Source of the DNA: Leucoraja ocellata
Lineage: Eukaryota
Direction of reading: 5' to 3'
NCBI GenBank assembly: GCA_036785375.1
Contig: JAWMAR010000098.1
Location: 4,092,001 to 4,156,000 of the forward strand
DNA length: 64,000 bases
Below are positions 24,048 through 34,960 of the stretch, piece after piece (position 1 is the stretch's first letter; every line of letters starts with the position of its first letter). Under the pieces are notes generated by a model, which was not told where the DNA came from, ran no database searches, and saw nothing but the letters and a program-made list of their open reading frames with translations. Both the position numbers and the translations under genes were made by a program.

Positions 24048-25029
24048 CAGGACCCTGGAGATACTCAATTATATTTCTATTTCTTCACATTATGGGAAAG
24101 GTAACATTACTGAATAAGAAACTAGAGTAATTGGCTAGCGATGTATGGAAACATATTAGTCACCTCAAAAAATTTGATCATTTTTCATCCTATATTTGGT
24201 AAGGCTTAATAATAATAGTTTTGTTAATATTTAACTAAATCCAAGTTGATTCAAAAAACTAAAATTAGTTTTGACAATTTAATCTCATGCAGTTTCTCTA
24301 TAAATCCATTTCAAAATTCCTGTGGTACTTTATTGGAGATAAACTACAATATAATTTGTATTTGGATGTCTATCTTCAATTCACATCTCTTAACTCTCTC
24401 CCCACCAGTGAACCAGGAGATTCAGTTTTGCTTATTAAAGCAACAGGCCAAGGAAATGGCTTATTGTCACCATTTGAACATGTTCTTGTCTACAAATCAT
24501 ACAGGGTACATCAACCAACTATGCTTTCAACGTGATTGAAACACCATGTACGACAAATGATTAAGGAATCAGTTCTTGCAAGCCATCCGTGAGCCTCTCA
24601 GAAATAGTGTGAGAAACTGGGACCCAAAACTGATGAAAAGAGTGGCCGTCTACATGGCTGACTGCCCACTGTGCCATTTCTGATCTTAGAAACAGAGCAA
24701 TCAGAGAGACTTTGAGAGAAAACAGTGGGAGCCCCAAACACAGCATTGTTCGTTTTCTTATTATGTGCAATTCAGGCATGATTTTACTGAAAAAAGAAAA
24801 ATTACAGAGACTGCAGTATCCAACTTGATCGTGGAAAGATTAATCTAGTGTCCTATAAAGAGCTCAGTTTATACCTCCTCTCCATTCGTTATTTTACAAA
24901 ACCCATATAAACTCCACAAGGCATGTTAATTAAATATTGCTATTTATCTCCAATACACAGGGAACAATTCCTACTAACTCAGATCCTTTTCATCCACCCG
25001 TTTCCTATGTTGGGTATTAGTATCTCAAG

Positions 25030-25521
25030 AGGTATCCACAATCAGACCTTTCCCACTCTGGTCATTCCATGTTCTTCCCGCTCCTGTCGAGCAGAAGATA
25101 CGGAAGCTTGAAAGTGTACACCAACAGAGTCAGGAATATGTTCTTCCCTCTGTTATCAAGCTTGTGAATGGTCATGCCATGAACTAGGGTACAGCCCAAT
25201 TTTCCAACCTACCTCACTGTTGACATTGGATGTTGTCTCAGGAATCGTCATGCTACAATGGTGAGACATATATTCTGCACTCTACATCTTTCCGTTTGCT
25301 CTACCTATTGCACTTGAGTTTGGCTTGAATGTATTATTGTATGGTGTTATCTGATTTAACTGGAAAGCATGCAAAGCATGCACTCCATATCCTTCCATTC
25401 ACTACATGTATTGGACTTGAATTTGGCTGGATTGTATGAATGTATGGCATTATCTGATTTGATTGCATAGCGTGCAAAACAAAGGTTTTCATTGTACAGG
25501 TGATGATAATAAACCTAAACA
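25030..25521 (+). mobile_element. Rex1/Babar LINE 3' fragment
   Basis: Homologous to 18000-18401; ends gataataaacctaaac; tail partly duplicated. Confidence 0.7.
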
Positions 25522-25639
25522 AAGTCCCATATCTAAATCAGAATTCCCAGCCTGCAAATACGCCCTAGCTATTCCAAGAAAGATGCATGGGAGCAGGATG
25601 GGTCAGATCATCGTTGGATTGTTTTTCCACTCTTTCTAA

Positions 25640-25890
25640 GGTCATACGAAATAGCAGGAGTAGGCCATATGGCCACTCAAGCCTCCTCTGTATTAAGCAA
25701 GATCATAGCTCTTCTTTCATCTTGTTTCTGCCCTATTTCCATTTCCATTGACCCATCCAAAATCCTTATCAATCAATCCATGTCATTTTGAATGTAATCA
25801 ATGACTAAGTGTTCACAACTCTCCATTGTAAAGAATTCAAAATATTATTTGCCATCTGATTGAAATTTCACCTAATTTCAGTCCTAATAG
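25640..25890 (-). mobile_element. Decayed CR1 LINE 3' end
   Basis: agcaggagtaggccatatggccactcaagcct...gatcatagct; gaattcaaaat. Confidence 0.55.
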
Positions 25891-26433
25891 CCTTTCTTTT
25901 GTCTCCATGTTTCTGAGCGACTTAGAAGGAGGAGGCCACCTTGACCCATTGAGTTGAAGCTGGCTCAGAGAGTGATCCTATTTGGACATTTATTTGGGAG
26001 GGGAAGGGGAAGGGGAAGGGAAGGGGACTCATGTGGGACATATTAGTGAAAGTGTATTTTATATTGCAACTTGCAGTTTCAATGGGATAAAGCCAATGGA
26101 TGCCAGGAAGCAGATGATGGTGTTCAAATTTCCATCTTAGAAATCAGTTCACTAAATCCCACCATGAGGTTGGACTTAACCTCATTGGATTGGGCATGGG
26201 CTTGGGGTATAATATGGATTGAAGAGTCATTAAATAATATAAACCAGGGAAGCTTCACAGTTAAATACTAGTAAGAGTAACTAGTCAGTTAGATCAAGGA
26301 TTATCGTCATGTGTCGAGCATTTCTGTCTAGGCAAAGAACATTGAAGAGGAATCTAATTGCAAGTTTGCCAAGCCCACAAAATTAGAAGATCAAATGAGC
26401 TCTGAGGTGGTTACTAGTACACTGCATATAGAT

Positions 26434-26891
26434 GACAGACACAAAATGCTGGAGTAACTCAACAGGTCTGGCAGCATCTCAGGAGAAAAAGGATGGGTGA
26501 TGGTTCAGGTCGGGATCCTTCTTCAGACTGAAAGTAGAGGGGGCGGGTGGGAAATAGAGGTAGGAAAGGGCCAGAACAAATAAGGACCAGCAACAGATGA
26601 CCAAGAAACGGTGGAGCCCATAATGGCTCATTGTGGACTGGGGAAGAGATGATAATGAAGGGATACTGAAATATGATCAGTGGAACTAGTAGGAAGACTT
26701 GGGTGGGGGAGAGGTAATGTAGAGGTTACTTAGAGGTAATTAGAGAAATCAGTGTTCATACCGCTGGGCTATAAGCTGCCCAAGCGAAGTAGGAGGCAAC
26801 TTCTCCAGAGATGCTGCCTGATCTGTTGAGTTACTCCAGCACTTAGTATCTAGTTTTGGCATAAACCAGCATCTGCAGTTCCTTCCTACAA
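26434..26891. mobile_element. Penelope-like insertion with internal inversion
   Basis: Antisense 3' end (26434 to about 26797) fused to a sense tail; 11-bp TSD tgcatatagat at 26423-26433 and 26892-26902. Confidence 0.85.
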
Positions 26892-27157
26892 TGCATATAG
26901 ATATCAAGTTTAGGTGAGCAGGTATTGAGGAAGTATCTTTGATAGTGAAAATAAAAATGCTGCTGAACTTCAGGGAAAGATATCAACCATTCTCCTACAT
27001 TACTACAACATGATCCTAGACACACATCAGCGTGGCAGGCTCCTGCAATTAACATAAGGGCAGTAAGGTTCAAGTAATACGTGTTGCCTGCACAGCAATA
27101 GTCACGTGAGTGAATAGAAAAAGAACCCTGTATAAATAATTAGATACTTGGAATTGT

Positions 27158-27344
27158 GTAGGAAGGAACTGCAGATTACACCAAAGATAAACACAAAATG
27201 CTGAAGTAACTCAGCCGGACAGGCAGCATCTGTGGAGAGAAGGAATGGGTGACGTCTTGACCCGAAACGTCACCCATTCCTTCTCTCCAAAGATCCTGCC
27301 TGTCCCGCTGAGTTACTCCAGCTTTTTGTGTCTATCTTCAGAGG
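27158..27344. mobile_element. Palindromic fold-back Penelope terminal-repeat insertion
   Basis: ~75-bp inverted arms around gacgtcttgacccgaaacgtc; 11-bp TSD cttggaattgt at 27147-27157 and 27345-27355. Confidence 0.9.
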
Positions 27345-29391
27345 CTTGGAATTGTTAGGATCTAATGGCATTTAGGTATGTTTGTAATCACGTTAATATG
27401 CAGGTGCAGCAAGAAACTTTAAAACAAATGGTATGTTAGCCTTTTTATCTGACATTCGAATAGAAGTCAAAATAGTCTTGCCATTAGGCCACATATGTAG
27501 TCTTGTACACAGCTTCAGTCTCCTGATGCACGGATGTATGTGCTTGTCGTTCAAGGAGTGACAATTGATTCCTGCAATTATGGGATGTTTTAATTCAGAG
27601 AGATTGATTGGTTCAGGCATCTATCCTCCAGATTTTAGAAAGAAATTTCATGAAACATAAAATTCTTAAGATGCCTGACAGCGAAAATATTGAGGTCTAA
27701 AATGAAAGGCTGTGTTACCCAACAAGTAGTTGGTCGTTTAGGAGTGAGATGAAGAGTACATTTTTTTCCCTCAGGAAGCTATAAGTCCTTGAAATTTCTC
27801 ACCCAGAGCAGTGTGAATGTTCATTCATTGACCATATAAAAGTCAGGGATTGATAGGTTTTGGATATGTGGAAAATCAAGGAGAAAAGAGAATGCCAGCA
27901 GGTCCTTTGAGAAGATTAGCCACAATCTTATGGTAGAGCAGCCTTGTAGGATCCTGCTCCCATTTCTCATACTCCTTTGTTTAGAATATGCCATTGCAAT
28001 AAAATGCATCCCTTAATCATGGTAACATGGTAAACAATGCTTCAGATAAATTAAATGAAGCATTTTATGCTTACAATTAGTTTTATTAAAAGGATGTTTT
28101 TAGCTGAAAAATAGCTAATTTATCCTTTCCAAATTCAAGAATATGTACAGGTACAACAATGCCATATACATGAATGATGAGGTCTGGATTACTGGTTTAA
28201 TGAATAAAAATCTCCCGTGGATTTTAATAGCTCCAATATTCTTACCAGATATAAATCAAGTACAAATATTGGGGGTTATTAGCTATTAAATCATCACAAA
28301 ACTGTTAAATACATACATACCATTTTAACAAAATCTCTATATCAATTGTTTTCTGCTTGCTTTCAACAAAATCAATGCACAAATAGTCTTAAGTGAAAAA
28401 ACAACACATTTATTTCCCAAGTCATGTCGTGCCTATTGTATAAAATAAGAATGCTAATAAACTTTTCATGTACTTTATATAGGCCTCCATGGCACATACA
28501 CAACTTTTATGAATATCCTATATGCACATAGATTTAGATTAATTTAATTATCAACATAGTACATGTTTCTTCCTTCTGTGAAACTATTTCAGAATTCCTC
28601 TGTATATTAATTACCAGCTGAAAGAAATAATTAGAGGTTTTTTACATAACACTACATGTTCATATTTAATACCATTTTGCAAAATGTCAATGTTTCCATA
28701 CACAAATAGCACTTTTTTCTCTGCAACCTTTTGTTTGAAGTTTCCAAGCATAAAACATTTAAACAATTTCTGTATGCCAAGTTGAAGCTATAAATTGGGG
28801 ATAACTTCAGACCACCTCTCCCTCTTTTATAAGAATTACAAGCATGACTGTTCATTTTACCACATCAATCATTCCAAACTAAATAATTAAAAGTCCAGAC
28901 AGAAGTCACTAGAGAATTTCTTAAAAGGGTAATTCTTTTTCACTACTTCAGCAGTAACTGTTTTTTTATACAACTCTAAATCATAATCAGATTTTAATTA
29001 CTGGAAAACCCTGAATATTCCGAAGCATCCTGTGATTTTTCTATTAAAATGCCAGCATCTTTAATTTATTTAGAATGTATTTTAGCAAACTTCTTCTTTG
29101 TGCTATGATAGATTCAGGTACAAAACATCAACAGGGAGAAATCGCAGAAGGCGGCTTGCTATGTAGAATGCTATGTTCATAAATTCACTCTCAAGGATGG
29201 TATGGAGTCTAGGATCAATTTGACAGCAGGGCAGGCTCCAAGTTTGCATCCTTTCCAGTGTGGAAGTAATGGCCAAATCTGCTAATGCATTTGTGAACCA
29301 AACCTACAATCAGGTCACACTTTCCATTGCAAACCAAACAGTACTGCAGTGGAATGTAATAACAAGGAACCAAAGACACAAAGATAGACCC

Positions 29392-29490
29392 AGTCTGAAG
29401 AGGGGTTCCGACCCAAAACATCACCGATCCATATTCTCCCGGGATGCTGCTTAACCCACTGAATTACTCCAACATTTTGTGCCTATATTT
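29392..29490 (+). mobile_element. Short hammerhead-bearing Penelope-derived copy (degenerate)
   Basis: agtctgaagaggggttccgacccaaaacatcacc...gatgctgcttaacccactgaattactcca. Confidence 0.8.
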
Positions 29491-29756
29491 AGTACTGCAA
29501 CAGAAATCTGAGATAACCTTTTTCAAATGGCATGGGCTGTGCCCACGTCATTACCACTGCCACTTTGCCAGCCCACTTTGTTGCTGGATGTCAGCCACCT
29601 GCCCAGACTGCTGCCACTAATGCCGAGACGGTGCTCAACATGTCTATGCTTGGACCTGCTCTCGGTCATCCACCAAAGACATGTGTTGTGTACATCCCTG
29701 AGACCCAGCAGCCTAACACCAGCCCCATTACACGATGATAAGTACACAATATAGGA

Positions 29757-30012
29757 CCATAGAAACATAGAAACATAGAAATTAGGTGCAGGAGTAAGCC
29801 ATTCGGCCCTTTGAGCCTGCACCGCCATGCAATATGATCATGGCTGATCATCCAACTCAGTATCCTGTACATGCCTTCTCTCCATGCCCCCTGATACCTT
29901 TAGCCACAAGGACCACATCTAACTGGCCTCAACTACCTTCTGTGGCAGAGAATTCCACAGATTCACCACTGTCCGTGTGAAAAATGTTTTTCTCATCTCG
30001 GTCCTAAAAGAT
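29757..30012 (-). mobile_element. CR1/HER1 LINE 3' end
   Basis: (catagaaa)n tail, ggtgcaggagtaagccattcggccc, gaattccacagattcaccac. Confidence 0.85.
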
Positions 30013-30174
30013 CCTTAAAACCATAAGCACACCAAGAGGCTCAAAGAGAAATGTCAAGTAGAGATGCAATCAACTAACTTCCAAACTAAGGGAGGATCTA
30101 TTTAAATGTACTACTGATAGCTCCTCCCAGTTGCTGGCACTTGTTCAACCATTCATGGCTATGAAGTTGGGGTA

Positions 30175-31660
30175 ACATATGATGAGCACTGGGCCTGTAC
30201 TTGCTGGATGAGGGGGGACCTCATTGAAACTTACCGAATAGTGAAAGGCCTAGATATAGTGAATGTGGAGAGGATGTTTCCGCTAGTAGGAGACTTTAGG
30301 ACCAGAGGCCATCGCCTCAGAATAAAAGGATGTACCTTTAGAAAGGAGATAAGGACATTTCTTTAGTCAGAGGGTGGTGAATTTGTGGAATTCATTGGCT
30401 AGGTATGTTACAATACTTACCTTCGGTGGCGCTGCAGTTCTGCCACTGGCCGTGTGCATGATTTTAGCGCCTTTGAGGGAGGGGTGGGGTTAAAATGCGT
30501 TTTTTCTCCTACCTTGTCCTGGATTACATTTTGTTGGAGTGCAAGCTTTTTGCTGAAGAATTGTTCCGACGGCCGTTCTGTGTATTTTTTTTTTAATTGC
30601 CCGACAAGTTCAGCGCTGGAGTAATTTTAAATTCAGCTTCTAAAGTCGTCAACGCCGACAACGGGGACGGATTTCATGTACGGGACAGGTAAAGGAAAGC
30701 CGTTTATTTTATGCATAAAAGTGCTCCTTAAGATGCCTTTAATTCACATTTTAAGTTGCGAAACGGTGATTTTTTTCCCCATATGAACCGGCAGTATTTT
30801 TCCTGTCGATATGGGGTATAAAATTCACTGCAACTGCAACGTTCCAAATGATCGCGTTCCAGAAAAACCCACTCGCAAGATGATTTAAATGGCCATTAAT
30901 TTACAGGTATTAACATTTTTTAAATTCCTTCCATTTGGCCTATAAATCCATGACAATGAGATTTAAAAATTATGTTATATTGTGAATCCTTGTGTGAATG
31001 TTATTTGGACACTTAGGCTATTTAAAAATGTTAATCTATTCTTAAGAAATTGATAGATGTTTAGATCTAGTAATTGAATTTTGTAATTAGGTACAATTAG
31101 GTAACTAACTAAGTATATGCTTTAATTTCAAGTCATCCAAGTAAGATTGTTTCATATTTGTTTCAGAATGCTTCAATCTATAATAACTGAACATTTCTTT
31201 CAGTTCTTTTAATTTTTAAGAAAGTTATGGGTTTTTGACTGTCCTCGATCACAACTTTTGAGTTAAGTCAATGGAAAAGCAATAGGGAACAAGATGCTAA
31301 TTTCCGAGTATGAAAATGGCCTTAACTTTTTTAATACTGAAGATATGAAAGTGAATTAGGTGTCAAATTAAACTTCTTTTTATGCTTTATCTGATGGGAT
31401 AAATTACAGACTTGATTTTTTAAATCTCAAAATGTTGTAACATTGCTACATTGGCACAGACAGCTGTGGAGGCCAAGTGAATGGATAATTATAAGGCAGA
31501 GATTGACAGATTTTTAATTAGTACAGGTGTCAGGAGTAATGAGGAGAAGGCAGGAGAATGGGGTTGAGAGGGAAAAAGATCAGCCATGATTAAATGGCAG
31601 AGTAGATGATGCATTGAATGGCCTTTTTATGCTCCTAGAACTTAAGAACTAATGAACATG
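30175..31660 (+). mobile_element. CR1/HER1 LINE 3' fragment interrupted by a DNA transposon
   Basis: gaggggggacctcattgaaacttac...agagggtggtgaatttgtggaattcattggc; resumes at 31449 cattggcacagacagctgtggaggcc. Confidence 0.85.
30400..31448. mobile_element. Non-autonomous TIR DNA transposon (hAT-like TAG...CTA termini)
   Basis: TIR taggtatgttacaa / ttgtaacattgcta (12/14 match); TSD cattggc at 30393-30399 and 31449-31455; splits a CR1. Confidence 0.85.
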
Positions 31661-31819
31661 AGAGAATTGTGAGCTTCAGAATGTCAAACAATGAGTGCCG
31701 CAGTCTGAATCAACTCGCGATTTGCCTACACAGTTTCTGAATATTTAGTCCACACATCTGAACATCATCATCAACAGCGTCTGACTGATGTGTACTAAAA
31801 ATGGACACATGATGCCAAG

Positions 31820-31845
31820 CCTAACCCTGACCCTAACCCTAACCC
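31820..31845. repeat. Short (CCCTAA)n telomere-like tract
   Basis: cctaaccctgaccctaaccctaaccc. Confidence 0.7.
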
Positions 31846-31954
31846 ATTCCCACATTTTGAGTGGGGTGTATTACTTGCAAAAAGTGGACCAGTGTCTTTG
31901 CTTGGAGTTTTGATTTCACTCTCTGTTGTACTCCCTATTGTTTCCAGAACCTTA

Positions 31955-32190
31955 AGGGCCTGTCCCACTCGGGCGTCATTTGCGCATCATTTACACAACA
32001 TCATTTACGCGTCACAACACATGATGCACGGGTCATGACGCGCACGTGATGCGCGCATGGCGTGCATTATGCACGCGTGGTGTGTGTTGACGTACGCAGT
32101 GACGCGCGGTCGCGCACGGCACCCTAGGATTTCGGGATTCACAAAATGTTCACGTGATGCGCAAATGACGCCCCTAGTGGGACACGCCCT
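31955..32190. mobile_element. PIF/Harbinger-like MITE, family B
   Basis: ~35-bp TIR agggcctgtcccactcgggcgtcatttgcgcatca; TTA TSD on both sides; CpG-rich interior. Confidence 0.9.
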
Positions 32191-32420
32191 TTAGACATTG
32201 AACTCCCATTAACCATCTCTTGTTAATTCCAGACACAAAAAAAACAAATAATTTACCATTTAGCCCAATTTCTGTCCAAAATCTGAGCTATTTACCTACA
32301 GTAGGAATGGTGCAATAGGTTCAATTTTGAAAGTGCTGTTGTTAGATATTAATTACAGAAATGTTAAAAGAAACAACTCGGGGCCCATTGGGTTCATGCC
32401 AGTGTTAATATGATTACATT

Positions 32421-33038
32421 TAGGGTGGCATTGTGGCGTAGTGGTAGAGCTACTGTCTTCAGGCCCTGTCTCACTTTCCTGAGTTACTCACGAATTCTCC
32501 CGAGTTTTCCCCTTGATTCGAACTCGGGGAAATTTGGGCAATGTCGGTAGCGAGCTCGTAGGAGCCCCTAGGAGTCCGTAGATGTTTCGTAGCGACTCGA
32601 AATGCCAGCCGTAGGAACTTGGGACATCAGGTATGAGTAAAAATAAATAATCCCGAGTACTTACGAATGGCTGTTGCCGAAATTCTCCGAGTTCGAATCA
32701 AGGGGAAAACTCGGGAGAGTTCGTGAGTAACTCGGGAAAGTAGGACAGGGCCTTTACAGTGCCAGAGACCCGGGTTCAATCCTGACTACAGGTGCTGTCT
32801 GTACGGAGTTTGTACGTTCTCCCCGTGGCCTGCATAGGTTTTCTCCGAGATCTTTGTTTTTCTCCCACACTCCAAAAACATACAGCTTTGTTGGTTCATT
32901 GGCTTAGTATTAATGTATAAATATAAAATTTGTTCCCAGTGTGTGTAGGGTAGTGATAATGTGCGGGGATCGCTGGTTGGTGCGGACTAGGTGGTAAGAA
33001 GGGCCTGTTTCCGCACTATATCTCTAAACTAAACTAAA
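32421..33038 (+). mobile_element. tRNA-derived SINE (HE1/V-SINE-like), interrupted by a MITE
   Basis: A-box gtggcgtagtggtagagc, B-box gggttcaatcc, tail gaagggcctgtttccgcactatatctc(taaac)n. Confidence 0.88.
32461..32753. mobile_element. PIF/Harbinger-like MITE, family C, nested in SINE
   Basis: ~70-bp TIR aggccctgtctcactttcctgagttactcacgaa... / ...ttcgtgagtaactcgggaaagtaggacagggcct; flanks ttc / tta. Confidence 0.88.
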
Positions 33039-33759
33039 ATTAAAAGTACACTAAGCATGTACTTACTATTGCTCTAAATTTCCCTAAACCGAGCTATACA
33101 TAACTTTGTGCAGCAAGTAAATAAATTCTCCTGAAGAAACTTGGACACCATCATTATGAATTATGAACTGAGATAAAGGTTCATTCCAACACATACATTT
33201 CTTTACCATTACCTGTCTATTTTTAATATAATTGCTAACTTGTGAACACAAGGGAGAAATCATTTTCACAGACAGAAGAAATTATATGATGCAGAAGAAA
33301 TAATTCAGTGAACTTTGGGTCAATTTTAGACAATTATCTCAAACTGTGATGAATTATTTTTTTCTATCTCCCAATAAATCCATGAGTAATTGAGGATCTA
33401 TTAATTAATAATAAAAATCAACCGATACCCTGGAGAGTGGCATTAATTATGAATATAAAAAATTGTCATTATTAAAATGAAAAATTTCCATTTCAAGGAA
33501 GGTGACAAGAATTTTTATTGCAAATGATATTTAGCAATGTTTATTTATCCCATTTTAAAATGAGCACAACATTTTTTTCGTTAACCATTTCTTGATCAAG
33601 CAGGTGAAAAAACAGTTATGAAGCCAATGAAGTTTCAATGCCTCTCTCCTGTTAGAATTCAACACAAATGGAGAATGAGAAACCACTTAAGGCAAATGCT
33701 TGCATTTCAAAATTATTTTTTCCTTGTGCATTTATTCGGGATAATTTTGAGAAATGAGA

Positions 33760-34500
33760 GAAGGCAATGAGCATAATGTGTTGTACTAATTATGCTAAGG
33801 CTGTCAACATTCACCTTTACTTCAGGATAAAACTGACAGGACAACAACCTGCGCCATCTATTAGCTACAGAATTCTGTAGCTGCTGTCAAACATACCCTG
33901 TTGGTCCATTGAATCCACTGGTGCAGTCTTCGCAGACTGGGTTTAGCACAGAATTCACTGCGGTGAACTTTATACATATGCTAAAGACACCTGCAAACAT
34001 AACACATAATGACTTTTGCCCGAATGTCTCTTAAAGGTGTAACGAGCGATAATTACCATTGACCGTGGCTCTGAAAATTAATTTTAAGACATTGCAATCT
34101 CATGCCTTCAGATATAAATTAGGCATAATTAAATATATTTTGTGCTATTGTCTATTTGGATTTATATTCTTCCTCCTTCCATGCACAAGTCTTAGTCTTT
34201 ACTTTACTCCTTTGCAATTTATCTTCCTATTTTTCAAGTTTCTTTTCTCCTGCGTGTGCCGTCAAATTGACTGGTTGAAGATCACCTTCCCATTTTCCCT
34301 AGTCACAGTCACCATGTATTCTCTGCAGAGAGCTGGATTAGATGCTACATTACTCGCCTTCTCTGCTGACAACCCCATGAAGACTCTTTGGACAACGGTA
34401 CGCATGATGAATGGCAAATATTTTTGCCACACAACAATATCCAGGCCATTATTTAAATTCACTTCTTTCCGTGTTGCATTTCAAAGCTAGGTCGGAAAAA
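33760..34500. promoter_or_regulatory. Candidate conserved non-coding element or enhancer
   Basis: Unique sequence with three TGACAG/CTGTCA (TALE-class) sites, TAATTA sites and a CTCF-like gcgccatcta; no repeat similarity seen. Confidence 0.35.
33863..33882. repeat. Perfect 20-bp palindrome
   Basis: agctacagaattctgtagct equals its own reverse complement. Confidence 0.95.
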
Positions 34501-34541
34501 AATACAACCAGCAAAACCAATATGATCAAAGGAAAGAAGTT

Positions 34542-34960
34542 ACATAGAAACATAGAAAATAGGTGCAGGAGGAGGCCATTCGGCCCTTCGAGCCAACAAC
34601 GCCATTCATTGTGATCATGGCTGATCGTCCCCATCAATAACCCGTGCCTGCCTTCTCCCCATATCCCTTGATTCCACTAGCACCTAGAGCTCTATCTAAC
34701 TCTCGCTTAAATCCATCCAGTGACTTGGCCTCCACTGCCCTCTGTGGCAGGGAATTCCACAAATTCACAACTATCTGGGTGAAAAAGTTATTTCTCACCT
34801 CAGTCTTAAATGGCCTCCCCTTTATTCTAAGACTGTGACCCCTGGTTCTGAACTTGCCCAACATTGGGAACATTTTTCCTGCATCTAGCTTGTCCAGTCC
34901 TTTTATAATGTTATATGTTTCTATAAGATACCCCATCATCCTTCTAAACTCCAGTGAATA
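34542..34960 (-). mobile_element. Young CR1/HER1 LINE 3' fragment
   Basis: ORF LIETYNIIKGLD...RTRGHSLRIKGRPFKTEVRNNFFTQIVVNLWNSLP (CR1 ORF2 C-terminus); (catagaaa)n tail. Confidence 0.93.

Larger units (their letters stand above)
26290..27965 (+). mobile_element. Old fragmented CR1 LINE interrupted by two Penelope insertions
   Basis: caagtttgcc...acaaaattag (KFADDTKL-like), aaatggtatgttagcctttt, attagccacaatctta tail. Confidence 0.5.

Noticed and set aside
27158-27344. Long hairpin as a candidate miRNA gene or MITE
   Set aside because: The arms are Penelope terminal repeat sequence, and the 11-bp TSD fits retrotransposition; no known miRNA recognised.
32421-32790. tRNA-like A and B boxes
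   Set aside because: SINE head with no cloverleaf, and interrupted by a MITE; not a tRNA gene.
34059-34490. 143-aa hydrophobic ORF and antisense 66-aa ORF
   Set aside because: Composition reflects T-rich DNA; no recognisable homology or exon boundaries.
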